Source of the DNA: Cetorhinus maximus | Lineage: Eukaryota | Length of the DNA stretch: 64,000 bases | NCBI RefSeq assembly: GCF_964194155.1 | Contig: NC_135903.1 | Coordinates: forward strand, 33,914,001 to 33,978,000 | Direction of reading: 5' to 3' | Part shown: positions 38,252 through 50,258 of the stretch, in pieces | How positions within the stretch are numbered: the stretch's first letter is position 1 | Layout of the letters: each line of letters starts with the position of its first letter | Notes under the pieces: model-generated | Databases searched by the model: none | Told to the model about the DNA's origin: nothing | The model's input: the letters and a program-made list of their open reading frames with translations, nothing else | Program-made: the position numbers and the translations under genes

Positions 38252-39879
38252 GTGAGTTGAACCCAAAACACCGAGTCGGTAATTATGTTGAGGGGAGAGA
38301 GGGAATCAGCCTCCAGGAGAGATTAAATCTGAATTTGGGTGAAGGAACAAATGGGATCCGAGAGGAAACTGGAAAGCAGACATTGAGGAGGAGGGCGCTC
38401 AGTGACGGACGGAGCGGAATGTGACCCTGAAGGGGGAGAGGGGGCAAATCAGAGACAGCCCATCAGTAACAACCATTCAGAATAATAGAGCCACTTTAAG
38501 GTCTCAAGGTGCCTCACGGGAATGTTATACAGCAACATTTGTTGTGGTGGGCACAGCAAGATTTCAAACTTTGCAGATGATACGAAGTTGGAAATGCTGT
38601 CGACAGTGACGGGGATGGTGTTGAACTTAAAAAGGACATAGACATGTTGGTGGATTGGGCAGACAAGCGGCAGATGAAGTTTAGTGCAGAGAAGTGTGAG
38701 GTGATAAGTTTTGGGAAGCAAGATAAAGTGAGACGGCACAAAATAAAGGGAGTGACTCTACAGGAGGTGCAGGAACAGAGGGACCTCGGTGTATATGCGG
38801 ATTGGTCAGTGAAGATGGCTGGGCATATTGAGAGAGCAGTTAATAAAGCATATACTAGCTTAGGCTTTATTAATCGTGGCATTGAGTAGAACAGAAAAGA
38901 GGTCATGTCGAACTTGTATAAGACACTAGTTAGGCATCATCTGGAATACTGTTCTGGGCACCAGACTTGAGGAAAGATGTGAGGGTATTGGTGAAAGTAC
39001 AGAAGAGATGCACAAGAATGATTCCCAGGATAACGAACTGTATCTACGCGGGAGGATTGGAGAGGTTGTCAATGTTTTCCTTGGAGAAAAGAATGTGGAG
39101 ATTAGGTTTAATTGAGGAACTCAAGATCCTGTGGGGTATGGACAGGGTAAATAATGAGAAACTGTCTCCACTAAAGCGAACATCAAGAAATATAGGGCAA
39201 AGGTTCAAAATAGTTGGCAAAATGAGTAAATGTGATGTGAGGAGCAATTTTTGAACCCAGGATGTGATTGGAGCAAACTTCACACAGTGCTTTCAATATT
39301 TGAAAATGAGGATGAGAATTTTAAAATGAAGGTATTTCTTATCCAGGAGACTGACGCTGTGTTTTGTTTGATCTCCCTGAGGAGATGCATGTCGAACAGA
39401 AATAGAAAGGGACCAAAAATAGATTCTTGGGGACACAGGGGCTAAACGTTGGGGCTGGGTGGGTGATGGTTGAGAAGAGATGCCATTCTGGGGGTTTATA
39501 GGCTGCATTTAGACAGTGGGAGCCAGGCAGTGTATCCCCAACCAGCAGGCCCATGGTGGAGAAAGTTGAATTCTGATGTTCATGTCGAACATGTCAAAGG
39601 TTGCGGACAGGGCGAGAAGGAGGAGAACAGTTTACGTATGTCACGGGCATGTTGAATGTAATTTATGAATTTATCTATCATCTTATGGAGATCTTGTGAT
39701 GCAATGGGTCGGACCTGCTTTCAGGCAGAGAACTCAAGAACAACTACAGCCTTATAACCTATCAATGTAACCAAATGCCCCTTCATTGCCCCCTTGATGT
39801 GAATCAGTTCAATTTGGAGGAAACATTATAATTTTCCCAAAATATTGTTAATACTTTTGATCAAAATTATAGAACTTTG

Positions 39880-40284
39880 AGCTGGAACCGAGCGCGTGTT
39901 GTGATTTTCTCTCGGGCACCTTCCAGTCACTGGTTCAGGAATCTCCAGATTTCAGATTCCTTACCTCAGACAGGGAGCAGACAAACTCGTCCGCTCCTGA
40001 AGTCCTTCCAAAACTCCCGCAACCAGATTTCACTTTTCGAGTGTAATAGCAACATCGCCAGTCCCCCCTCTTCACAGCGACGGCAACTCCCAGCACAATT
40101 CTCACACAAACATACACACACACACAGGACTGGACATTCAGGCGGTCGCTCCGGCTTCACAAGCGGCAGCATTTCCACGCCTGGTGTTTCATTCGCTTCA
40201 AAGGAAGTGTCTTTCGGAGTTGATCCCGGATCCAGTCAGTGTCTGATCCTCAGCTCGGGGTGTTTCACTCTGGGTCTCTTGATC
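39880..40284 (+). promoter_or_regulatory. IFN promoter B (copy 6), a diverged paralog of promoter A
   Basis: Shares gagctggaaccgagcgc, ggaatctccag and cctcaga..acaaact with A. Keeps TTTCACTTTTCG at 40028-40039, but the kB site becomes GGGCACCTTCC and GAAAGGAAAC becomes GACAGGGAGC. Confidence 0.6.
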
Positions 40285-43200
40285 ATGGCTTTGGCGAGTA
40301 TCTGGAGATTCTGGATGGTGTTGCTCTTCTTGTCCGGGACCCTCAGTCTGGGATGTGGCAGGCTGCACTTACAGCAAGTTCTCAACACAGAGACTCTCAG
40401 CAAACTGAATGCAATGGTGAGTTGAACCTGCAGCCAGAGCAGGAGGTGAATCACATTGTGTCCGCTTGCTGTGAAATGTCACATCAGGGGAAATGTTTTG
40501 CGATTTGTCATTTTGTGCAATGAATAGTCGGTGATTCTTCAGTATTTGAATTTATGGGGCTGATTGTAACAGTGATTGTTTTCCCCTCTCAGGGCGGACC
40601 CTTTCCCCGACACTGTATAAGACAGAGACTCTCACTGAAAACCAAACCCTTGAACCTGGTGAAACTCTCGAAGGAATTAGAGGTGAGTAAACACTCGGTT
40701 CATTTGATTCACACAGGGCTTTTATACAAAGTAAGATCAACAACCGGATCGGAAACTTCCACATCAGGAATTTGGAATAGAGTGATTTGTACCCATTGTG
40801 AATGTAGGAGCAGTCTCACTTATTGTATTTCACTCACTATCTCACTCATGAACTATATCACTCTCTCTAACCGCACTCACTACCCCTTATCTCCAACTCT
40901 CTCCCTCCCTGATATTATGTCCCTCCCGCTAACTACCTGCTCTGGGAACCATCCGACTGGATCTCCCATCTCCTTTTCCTGCAGGGCCTCTAGATTATTC
41001 CGTGCAGACCACTGCCTGATGGGCCTGTTGTCAAAGATGTTTCTCTGCCTAAACATTTCTACACGGGATAGGTGGTGAGGCAAGTTCCAAAGGCTTCGAG
41101 TGTTCCCGACAACAAGGCCACTCCCATGCTTTACAACACCGGGGACAGGTTTAAACTCAACACTTGCAGTTTGCGTTCAAAGGGTCCACGCACAGCTTGA
41201 TGCAGCCAGACACAAATGTAGTCATCAGGATGAGGGCGATGTTGAGTGCGTTTTGTCCTCTGATCATTGACTTCGTGAAAACTTCTCAACTTTTCTCAAC
41301 CTAACACCCTTTAATTTTCTCACCGCCTCTAACCACCTCACTTCCTCTAAACATCTTATTCCCTGTAACAATTTGCCTCCCTCGAAACATCTCACTCCTG
41401 AGCTGCACTGAATGACTTTGGGGCATGAATCACGCAGGCAGGATAGGCCATAGGATCATAGAATGATCCTGTGCTGAAGGAGTCCGATTGGGCAGAATGG
41501 TCTGTTTCTGTGCCACGTTTCCGATCAACTACCTGGTGGATAAATACGTTAGTAGGTACGCACTAACCAGCATTCATATATTCAAGAAAAATCACCTTTC
41601 CCAAACTTGATTGAGTTATGTGATAATGTAGCAGAGCGTCTTCATGAGATTAGTGCGCTTAATCTTCTGATGATGTCATCATACCTCTGCAGCACTTTGA
41701 ATGAACGATTCAAATTAATCCCGCTTTCATCCCCCATTACAATGCAAAATTTTTCTCTGACTATTTATCCAATTCTCTCTTGAAAGTTATTATTGAATCT
41801 GCTTTTGCTGTTTTGTAAATCAATCCGTACGCACACTTTTAAAAGGCTAATCATCAGAAGATCCAGCGCACAATCCTCATCAACACTCTCTGCTACCTTA
41901 TCACTTAACACAATCAAGCTTGGTAAAGATAATTTGATGGTAAAGATGTCTCCCCAGAGATCATTGTGTCTGAAGGTTTCCCACCACCCAAAATGGACTA
42001 ACTGGCCTGGAGTTGTTGGATTTATCCCTCTTCCATTTTTGAATGGGATGTAAGTATTTGAAATCTTCTGGTCCGCTGCCATCATGTCCCTCATATCTAA
42101 AGAGGACTGGAGGAATGCGGCCAGAAGTGTTATTAAAACCCTTGCTTTCCTCAGCAATCTCAGCTGTATTCCGTCCAGACCAGGTGACTTTCCCAACCTG
42201 AGTGCTGCCAATATTTTACGTACCTCCTCTTTATCTATTTTTATCCTGCCCAATTTCTCTACTCGCTCCCCCTTCACTGTGACTTTTGAAGCATCTGCTT
42301 GTGAAGTGAAGACAAATTCCAAGAATTGGTTTAGAAAATCCGCCATGTCCTTTGTATCCCACAAGAAGATTTATTTTTTGCTCACTAATCATCACAAACA
42401 AACATTTATTTACATGCTTATTAAAGGTTTTTAGCTTCCCTCTTACGTGATCTGCTCATCAATTTTCATGCATTCTGTTTATTCCTCATTTCTTTTGATA
42501 ACCTTTCTCCATATTGGCTGCATTCAGCTTGGTTCCTCACTCTGCTAAGAGCCTAATGTTTCACATAAGGCTTCGTTTTCTGTTTTGTTTTAATCTCTAC
42601 ATCTTTTGGCGATGACGTCATTGACCTTTCAATGCCCTTCCTTTCTGCTTCATTGAAAGGAGTCCAGTCTGCAACCATAACATCTCCACTTAAAAAGAGC
42701 CTCAATTGCTACTTTCCTCCCGAGGATGCACTATTTAAGAGGAGATGGTGGCTTAGTGGTAGATTCACAGGTTTAATAATTCATGGCCTAGGCTAATGCT
42801 CTGGGCACCTGAGTTCATGCCCCATCACACAGATGGTGGAATTTTAATTCAATCAATAAACGTGGAATATAACACTAGTGTCAGTAATACTGACCATGCA
42901 ACTATCATGGATCTTTGTAAAACCCTTCTGATTCACTAATGCCTTTTAAGAAAGGAAACGTGAATTCTGCACCTGGATTGGATGACATGTCACTCTCAGC
43001 ACATGGTCGAATCTTCACTGTCCTTTCAAATATTCAGTTCAAGGGACATTAGGGATGGGCATCTAATGCTGGCTTTGCCAGTGTTGCCCACATCCCATGA
43101 ATGAATAAAGGAAAAAAGAATCCTTGATTCAAATACACCTGGGCCAGATCCCTTTTAAACGCACTAAAATTAATCCTCCCCTTTTTGACCGATTTTAGCT

Positions 43201-43735
43201 CTATTTGAATTTTGTTCTTTAACATAGTCTGTACTAAAACTAAAGGTGAACATGTCCTCTCTAATGTCATTCTCTACATTATACACAGACACAGGACAGG
43301 ATCCAGATTGTCCATCAAACCCTGCGTCACATCAGCAAGATCTACAGCATGAACCTGGGTTCAGCCACATGGGCCCAGGACAAGGTGGAAAACCTCCGGC
43401 TTCTCCTGGATCGGCAGCTCGCTGAGCTGGAAGAATGTGTCAGGAAAGCAGGATCAGAGCACAAGATGAGGAGAAACTCTGCCATTCACAATTACTTTAG
43501 GAAACTGGAAAAGTTTCTCAAACAGGAGGTAGGTCAATTGATAAATGACAATGTGATTGCTGGCATTTAGTTCATTTCACCACATTTAAATCTGCTCATT
43601 CTCTAATCGGTTTCCCTGAATAACTTTCTTTTTCAGAAATTCAGTGACTGTGCCTGGGAAATAATCCGCAATGAGACCAGAGCCCGTTTACAACAACTCC
43701 TTTTCATCATAGCACAAATCAGCAGAAGAAACTGA
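40285..43735 (+). CDS. IFN1: Type I interferon, copy 6 (exon 1B form, 4 exons, 186 aa)
   Basis: Exons 40285-40416 (..LGCGRLHLQQ..), 40593-40682, 43289-43528, 43637-43735. Open frame; CAWE motif. Confidence 0.92.
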
Positions 43736-46700
43736 GAAAGAGATGTTTAGCATAGACTGGGAGCAAAGATTATTTATTTTAATGGCTTTTAACATAAAGT
43801 TATTTATATATATATTTGTAACAAATTTTATATTTTATTGTACTGATGACAGAACAATGAGTGACATGATGGGATTATTTATTTTATTTATTTATTTATT
43901 TATTTATTGATATTTTTTGCTATGACATTTTCCTCTGATATAATCCTATCCTTTAGCGGGTGGGGTGTCTGCTCTGGAATTTACTGGTAGGCTTTCAAGA
44001 TATGGGTTTTCAGACCTATAAACCCTGGGCCGCACTGACCTTTCCATTTCTCCTCTCCTAGGTGGCCAACTTTTCAATCTATTTCAGCCACTGTAATTTA
44101 TTGATCTTTATTATTGTGATGTCTTCATGTAATGAAATGTTACATGTTATTTAATGTGTAATGTGAATTTTTAATGATAGTTTATTTATTGATATTTATC
44201 AAGAGTTGGAGAAGAGCTAAATATTTTTGTAACTGGTAAATTTTATACACAATGAAAGCCTTTGCTAAAATAAATTGTTTTCAATATTACGCATTGAGTG
44301 GAATGATGTTCATTTTTCAATTCTGTCGGTTGGCTTTCCATACTCAGTATAAATGCTCTGGATTTTCCCACCTGCTGCCTCGTCCTGTCAGCCCTTCTCT
44401 GTTCTGCTCTCCTTTCTGCACAATCAGGTTTTCCCTCACCCGTTGGAACTGTGAACGTATTGTGAACCGAACTGCCCTGATTTATCATCTTTTACCCCTC
44501 TGCTTCTCAACGCCACATTCCAGCTCCAAAGGAGAGAGCACTGAGCATGATGTTCAGGAGGCAAATGGAAAATAGAGGCATAAATTAGAAATGGCCAGAT
44601 GGAGAAATGGAATGGGTGGACATAGAAGATGACTGAAGTGTCAGCCTGTGTGAATATATGTGGACATCAGACAATGGGGTTGAGAGTGACATCAGGCAAT
44701 TAGTAGGAAGGAGAATGAGTGGAGAGTGGGGATGAAAATCTTTTATTTCGCACGGTTGTTTACACCTACTGAAAATCTGTATGATAAATACTGTCTGCAT
44801 TACATTAGAACAGAAGAAAAAAGGCCATCCAAGCTTGCTCCACCATTCAATAAGATAACGACTGATTTGATCGTGGCCTTAAATCCACTCCCCTGCCTGC
44901 CACCTATAACCTTTGACTTCTTTGTTGATCAATCCCATCTAACTCAGACTTGAATATATTCAATAACACAACCTCCACTGTTCTCTGAGGTGGAGATTTA
45001 AAAGATTAATGACACTCGGGGCAAAAGAAATCCTCCTCATCGCCGTCTCACGTGCAGTTGCTGCATATTGAAACCTTGGCCCTAGTTACAGCCTCCCCAA
45101 GAGAGGAACCACCTCAACATCCACCCGGTCAAATCTCCTCACAATCTTAAATGAGTTAATGACATCACCTCTCATTCTTCAAAACTCAAAGGAGTATAGG
45201 CTCAACCTGGTTAAGATTGCTTCATAAACCAACTTCTCTTTCCAGGAATCAACCTGGTGAACCCTCTCTGAAGTGTCTCCAATGCAAGTTAATCCCTGCT
45301 TAAATAAGGAGACCAAAGCTGTACATAGTACTCCAGGCCTGGTCTCACAAATGGCCTGTAGAGTTGAAGCAAAACTTCCCTACTTGTATTCTTCATCCTC
45401 TTTGCAATAAAGGACAACATACCATTTACTTTTCCAATTCTTTGCTCGACCTGTTTGCTAAATTTTCATTGCTCATTTCTAAGGACACCCAGGTCCCTCT
45501 GCACTGATAGATTCTGTGTTCTTTCTCCATTTAAAAAACATTCTGACATTCTGTTGGGCACAACAAAGGCTAACTTGTGTCCTACATTACCATAGTCACT
45601 TTATATCAAAAGTACTTTATAAGCTGCTGAGTGCTTTGAGACACCTGTGGTCAGGAAGGGCACAATGTGAATGCAAGCCTGTTTTGAAAAAAATATCATA
45701 GAGAAATCTGGACCGACACACAAAACTGCCCTCACTCCAGGGTGAATTTATCAGCAGTGCAGTTGTTTACAGGCCTTCCAAAGGGCCCCAAAAAATAAAC
45801 CGGATGATTTGGGTTTGAGCACAGCAACAGACATGTGTTAAAAGGTTTGCAAAGCAACTTTATTAAGTTACAAAGACAATAAATATTGCATTCCAATTCC
45901 AAAAAAGTGGGGATGAACCAACCTAATTTCCATCACCATTAATTTCTACAAAACAGCAAAGGTTGCTTCCCATTCAAGGGACAAGCATACTGACTTGGAA
46001 CTATTTACCATTTCTTCACTGTTACTGGCTAACACTCCTGGAAAACCCATCCCAACACCTCTGTAAATTCACCTACACCACATGAACGGCAGCAGTTCAG
46101 GGGTTAAAGGGGGCGGTTAATCGCCACCTTCTGTGGGGTAATTAGGGAGGAGCAACAAATTCTGGCCTTTCCAGAGACGCCCACGTTCCATCAAGGAAGA
46201 AATGAAGCCAAATTATGCAAAAGTAGCTGTGAATGGGCCGCAGATTTTTGTAAGGTAAAAATGCACACGCTCCCGTAGGTCCTTCCTATTTCCTCTAATG
46301 TCACTCGCCAGTGTTTTTAATATTCTTCCTTCAGTTCCCTGACTCTCCTTCCGCCTCCGCCTTCAATAATTACAATTCCCACTGTTCTATTCGCCAATAA
46401 CAGCATTGTTGTAAATTGTAGTTTCTCTCCAGTCTCCAGTTGGGGAATGTGGGATTCCGCTCCCACATCCACCCGGACGGTAGATTTTGGTGACACTTCC
46501 AGCTGAGAGGGATTTGGTGACATTTCCTATGTACCCGGACATTTACCGAATACCCTAAAGCTTTTCCCAACAGCCCCTCACCCCTCTCAGTCTGATTCAC
46601 CCTCTTTACAAACCCTCCTCCCTTTCGGAAATGACAAAACACGTCACTTTCCTTCAGGCACTTTCACTTTTGGCTGAAATTGACACCAGGTTAATTTGCA

Positions 46701-47612
46701 GAGAGAAAGTGACACGGACACTTTCCCGGGAGAGAGACAAGAAAGAAAGGATGAAAGAAAAGAGAGCGGGATCACTTTCGGACTCAGAATCGGAGCAGAT
46801 CAAATATTCTTTCAATCCGACTCTGAAAATGGCTCCAGAAAACAACCGAGAAATGAGAAACTTCTCCCAGTTAAAGAGCAGATTGTGGGACAGGTCACTC
46901 GGAGCGGAGTCTGTCTCCATGAAGCGGTGTCCCTGGGCTGTGAGCAGAGCTGTCTGCAATGTCCAACCTGTGAAGTGTGAACAGGACAAGCGCCAGGTGA
47001 ACACACCGCGGGGACACATTGGATTTCAAAGGGAATCGCTCTTCATGGGGCCCAATGTCAGCACTAAAAGTCGCCGCACCGGATCACCGCTGTCGCTCTC
47101 TCTATAATCCGGATGATAAAATCCAGCCCCCGATACATGTTCACACTGCCCCCAATTCAGAGCCTCCCTCTACACCACCTTCGTGCCCCAGGTGAGCTGA
47201 AGCCACACAACACTGAGCTGGAACCGAGCGCTGCCTGTGATTTTCAACCGGGGATTTTCCACTCGCTGCTTCCGGAATCTCCAGCTTTTACATTCCGGAC
47301 CTCAGAAAGGAAACCGGACAAACTATTGATCTCCCGCAGCTCTTCCAAAAATCCTCGAGCCCGTTTTCACTTTTCGAATGTAATTCCACACGTTAAAGCC
47401 GACAGCATGGCAGCGCCAGTGAGAGCACCGAGCAGACTCCACACTCACACTCACACCGTTCGGCAGCACAGGCGCTCGCTCCCGGATCACAAGCGGCTCC
47501 GATTCGACTTTCCCAGTTTAAATCCGCTCGCAAGAACCGTTTTCGCCGCGGAACCACGAAGCCGCCGGTTTCTCATCTTTCACATCGGTGTTTCACTCTG
47601 GGTCGCTTGATC

Positions 47613-47744
47613 ATGGCTTTGGCGAGTATCTGGAGATTTTGGATGATGTTGCTCTTCTTGTCCGGGACCCTCAGTCTGGGATGTGACAGGCTGCAGCTAC
47701 AGCAAGTTCTCAACACAGAGACTCTCAGCAAACTGAATGCAATG
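47613..47744 (+). CDS. Upstream duplicate first exon 1A of IFN copy 7
   Basis: MALASIWRFWMMLLFLSGTLSLGCDRLQLQQVLNTETLSKLNAM|gtgagt, behind promoter A (kB site 47251-47260). Confidence 0.7.
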
Positions 47745-48999
47745 GTGAGTTGAACCCAAAACACCGAGTCGGTAATTATGTTGAGGGGAGAGAGGGAATC
47801 AGCCTCCAGGAGAGATTAAATCTGAGTCTGGGCGAAGGTACAAATGGGATCTGAGAGGAAATTGGAAAGCAGACATTGAGGAGGAGGGCACTCAGTGACG
47901 GAAGAAGCGGAATGTGACCCTGAAAGGGGAGAGGGGGCAAATCAGAGGCAGCCCATCAGTGACAACCATTCAGAATGATAGAGCGACTTTAAGGTCTCAA
48001 GGTGCCTCACGGGAATGTTACACAGCAACATTTGTTGTGGTGGTCACAGCAAGATTTCAAACTTTTCAGATGATATGAAGTTGGAAATGTTGCCGACTGT
48101 GACGGGGATGGTGTTGAACTTAAAAAGGACATAGACATGTTGGTGGACTGGGCAGACAAGTGGCAGATGTAGTTCAATGCAGAGAACTGTGAGGTGATCC
48201 GTTTTGGCAGGAAAGGTAAGGAGGGACGGTATAAATTAAAGGGAGTGACTGTACAGTAGGTACTGGAACAGAGGAACTTCGGTGTATATACGGATTGGTC
48301 AATGAAAATGGCATGGCATGTTGAGAGAGCTGTTAAAAAGCATATAGTAGCTTAGGCTTTATTAATAAGGGCATTGAGTGCTAGAGAAAAGAGGTCATGT
48401 CGAACTTGTATGAGACTCTAGTTAGGCGTCATTTGGAGTACTGTGTCCAGTTCTTCGCACCATTCTTGAGGAAGGATGTGAAGGCATTGGTGAGAGTACA
48501 GTGGAGATTCACAAGAATGATTCCCTGGATAATAAACTGTAGCTATGCGGGTGGATTGGAGAGGTTGGCACTGTTTTCCTTGGAGAAGAGATGGTGGAGA
48601 TGACACTTGATTGAGGGACTCAAGTCGCTGGGGGGTATGGACAGGGTAAGTAATGAGAAACTGTTTCCACTAAAGCGAACATCAATAGTTAGAGGGCACA
48701 GGTTCAAAATAGTTGGCAAAAGGAGTAACTGTGATGTGAGGAAAAGTATTTGAACCCAGAAGGTGGTTGGAGTCTGGGGCAAACTTCCTGAAAGTGTGTT
48801 GGGGGCAGGTTCGATCGAGGCATTGAACAGGGAATTGGATTTCTTCCTGAAAAGAGAGAGAATGTGCAAGGTTACAAGGATAAGGCAGGGGAGCGCAACT
48901 ATGTTGAATGCTCTTTCAGAGAAGCAGTGCAGACTCGATGGGCCAAATGGCCTTCTTCTGCAATGTAAAGACATTGTGACACTGTGGACAATTGATGCC

Positions 49000-49320
49000 A
49001 AGTCACAGGAGAAGATATTAAAGCAGGTGACTAAAAGCTTGGTCAAAGAAGTTGATTTTAAGGAGCGTTTTAATGGCGAAATAGGGGGAAAGAGTCGGAG
49101 AGGTTTAGGTCAGAAATTACTGAGGTTGAGAGTTCGGCAGGCGAAGGGACCGCCCCCAATGGTGGAATAGTTAAAGTGGGGATTGTGGAGACGGTAGAAT
49201 TAGAGGAGAGCTGGTATCTCAGAAGGTTGAAAGGCTGGAGGTGATTACAGAGATAGGGAGTGTTTAGGGCCTGGAGTGATTTGAAAATGAGGATGAGGAT
49301 TTTAAAGTCAAGCATTTCTT
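49000..49320 (-). mobile_element. L2-type LINE 3' fragment (mostly deleted in copies 1 and 6)
   Basis: ORF 49070-49315 FKILILIFKSLQALNTPYLCNHLQPFN..R..LSSNS resembles the L2 ORF2 C-terminus (FKILxLxFKxLxGLAPxYL). Confidence 0.55.
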
Positions 49321-50258
49321 ATCCAGGAGACTGACGCTGTGTTTTGTTTGATCTCCCCGAGGGGCGGCGTGTTGATGAGAAATAGAAAGGGACCAAAGAT
49401 AGGTCCTTGGGCACACAGAGGCTAAAGGTTGGGGCTGGGTGGGTGATGGTGGAGAAGAGATGCTATTCTGGGGGTTTACAGTCTGCATTTAGACAGTGGG
49501 AGCCAGGCAGTGTATCCCCAACCAGCAGGCCCATGGTGGAGAAAGTTCAATTCTGATGGTCTCGTCGACCATGTCAAAGATTGCGGACAGGGCGAGAAGG
49601 AGGAGAATAGTTTACATATGTCACGGGCATATTGAATGTAATTTATTAATTTGACTATCACCTTATGGAGATCTTGTGATGCAATGGGTCGAACCTGCTT
49701 TCAGGCAGAGAACTCAAGAACACGAACAGCCTTATAATCTAACAATCTAACCAAAGGCCCCTTTATTGCCCCCTTAATGCGAATCCGTTCAATTTGGAGG
49801 AAACATTATATTTTTCCCAAAGCGTTATGAATTATATTGATCCAAATTGTTGGAACGTTGACCAGGAACCGAGCGCGGGTTGTGATTTCCTCTCGGCATC
49901 TTCCAGTCACTGGTTCAGGAATCTCCAGATTTCAGATTCCTTACCTCAGACAGGGAGCAGACAAACTCGTCCTCTCCTGAAATTCTTCCAAATCTCCCGC
50001 AACCAGATTTCGCTTTTCGAATGTAATAGCAACATCGCCAGTGCCCCCTCTTCACAACGACAGCTCCTCCCAGCACAATTCGCACACACACACACACACA
50101 GGACTGGATGTTCAGGCGGTCGCTCCGGCTTCACAAGCAGCAGCTTTCCCACTCCCGGTGTTTCATTCGCTTCAGAAGAACCGTTGTTCGAAGTTGAACC
50201 CAGATCTGGTCAGTGCATGATCCTCAGGTCGGAGCGATTCACTCTGGGTCGCTTGATC

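Noticed and set aside
39877-40425. Long ORFs in frame with exon 1B (39877-40425, 49794-50399) suggesting N-terminally extended IFN
   Set aside because: They start at non-ATG codons in the ORF track, differ between copies, cross (CA)n microsatellites, and would bury the signal peptide. The ATG at 40285/50259 is the credible start.
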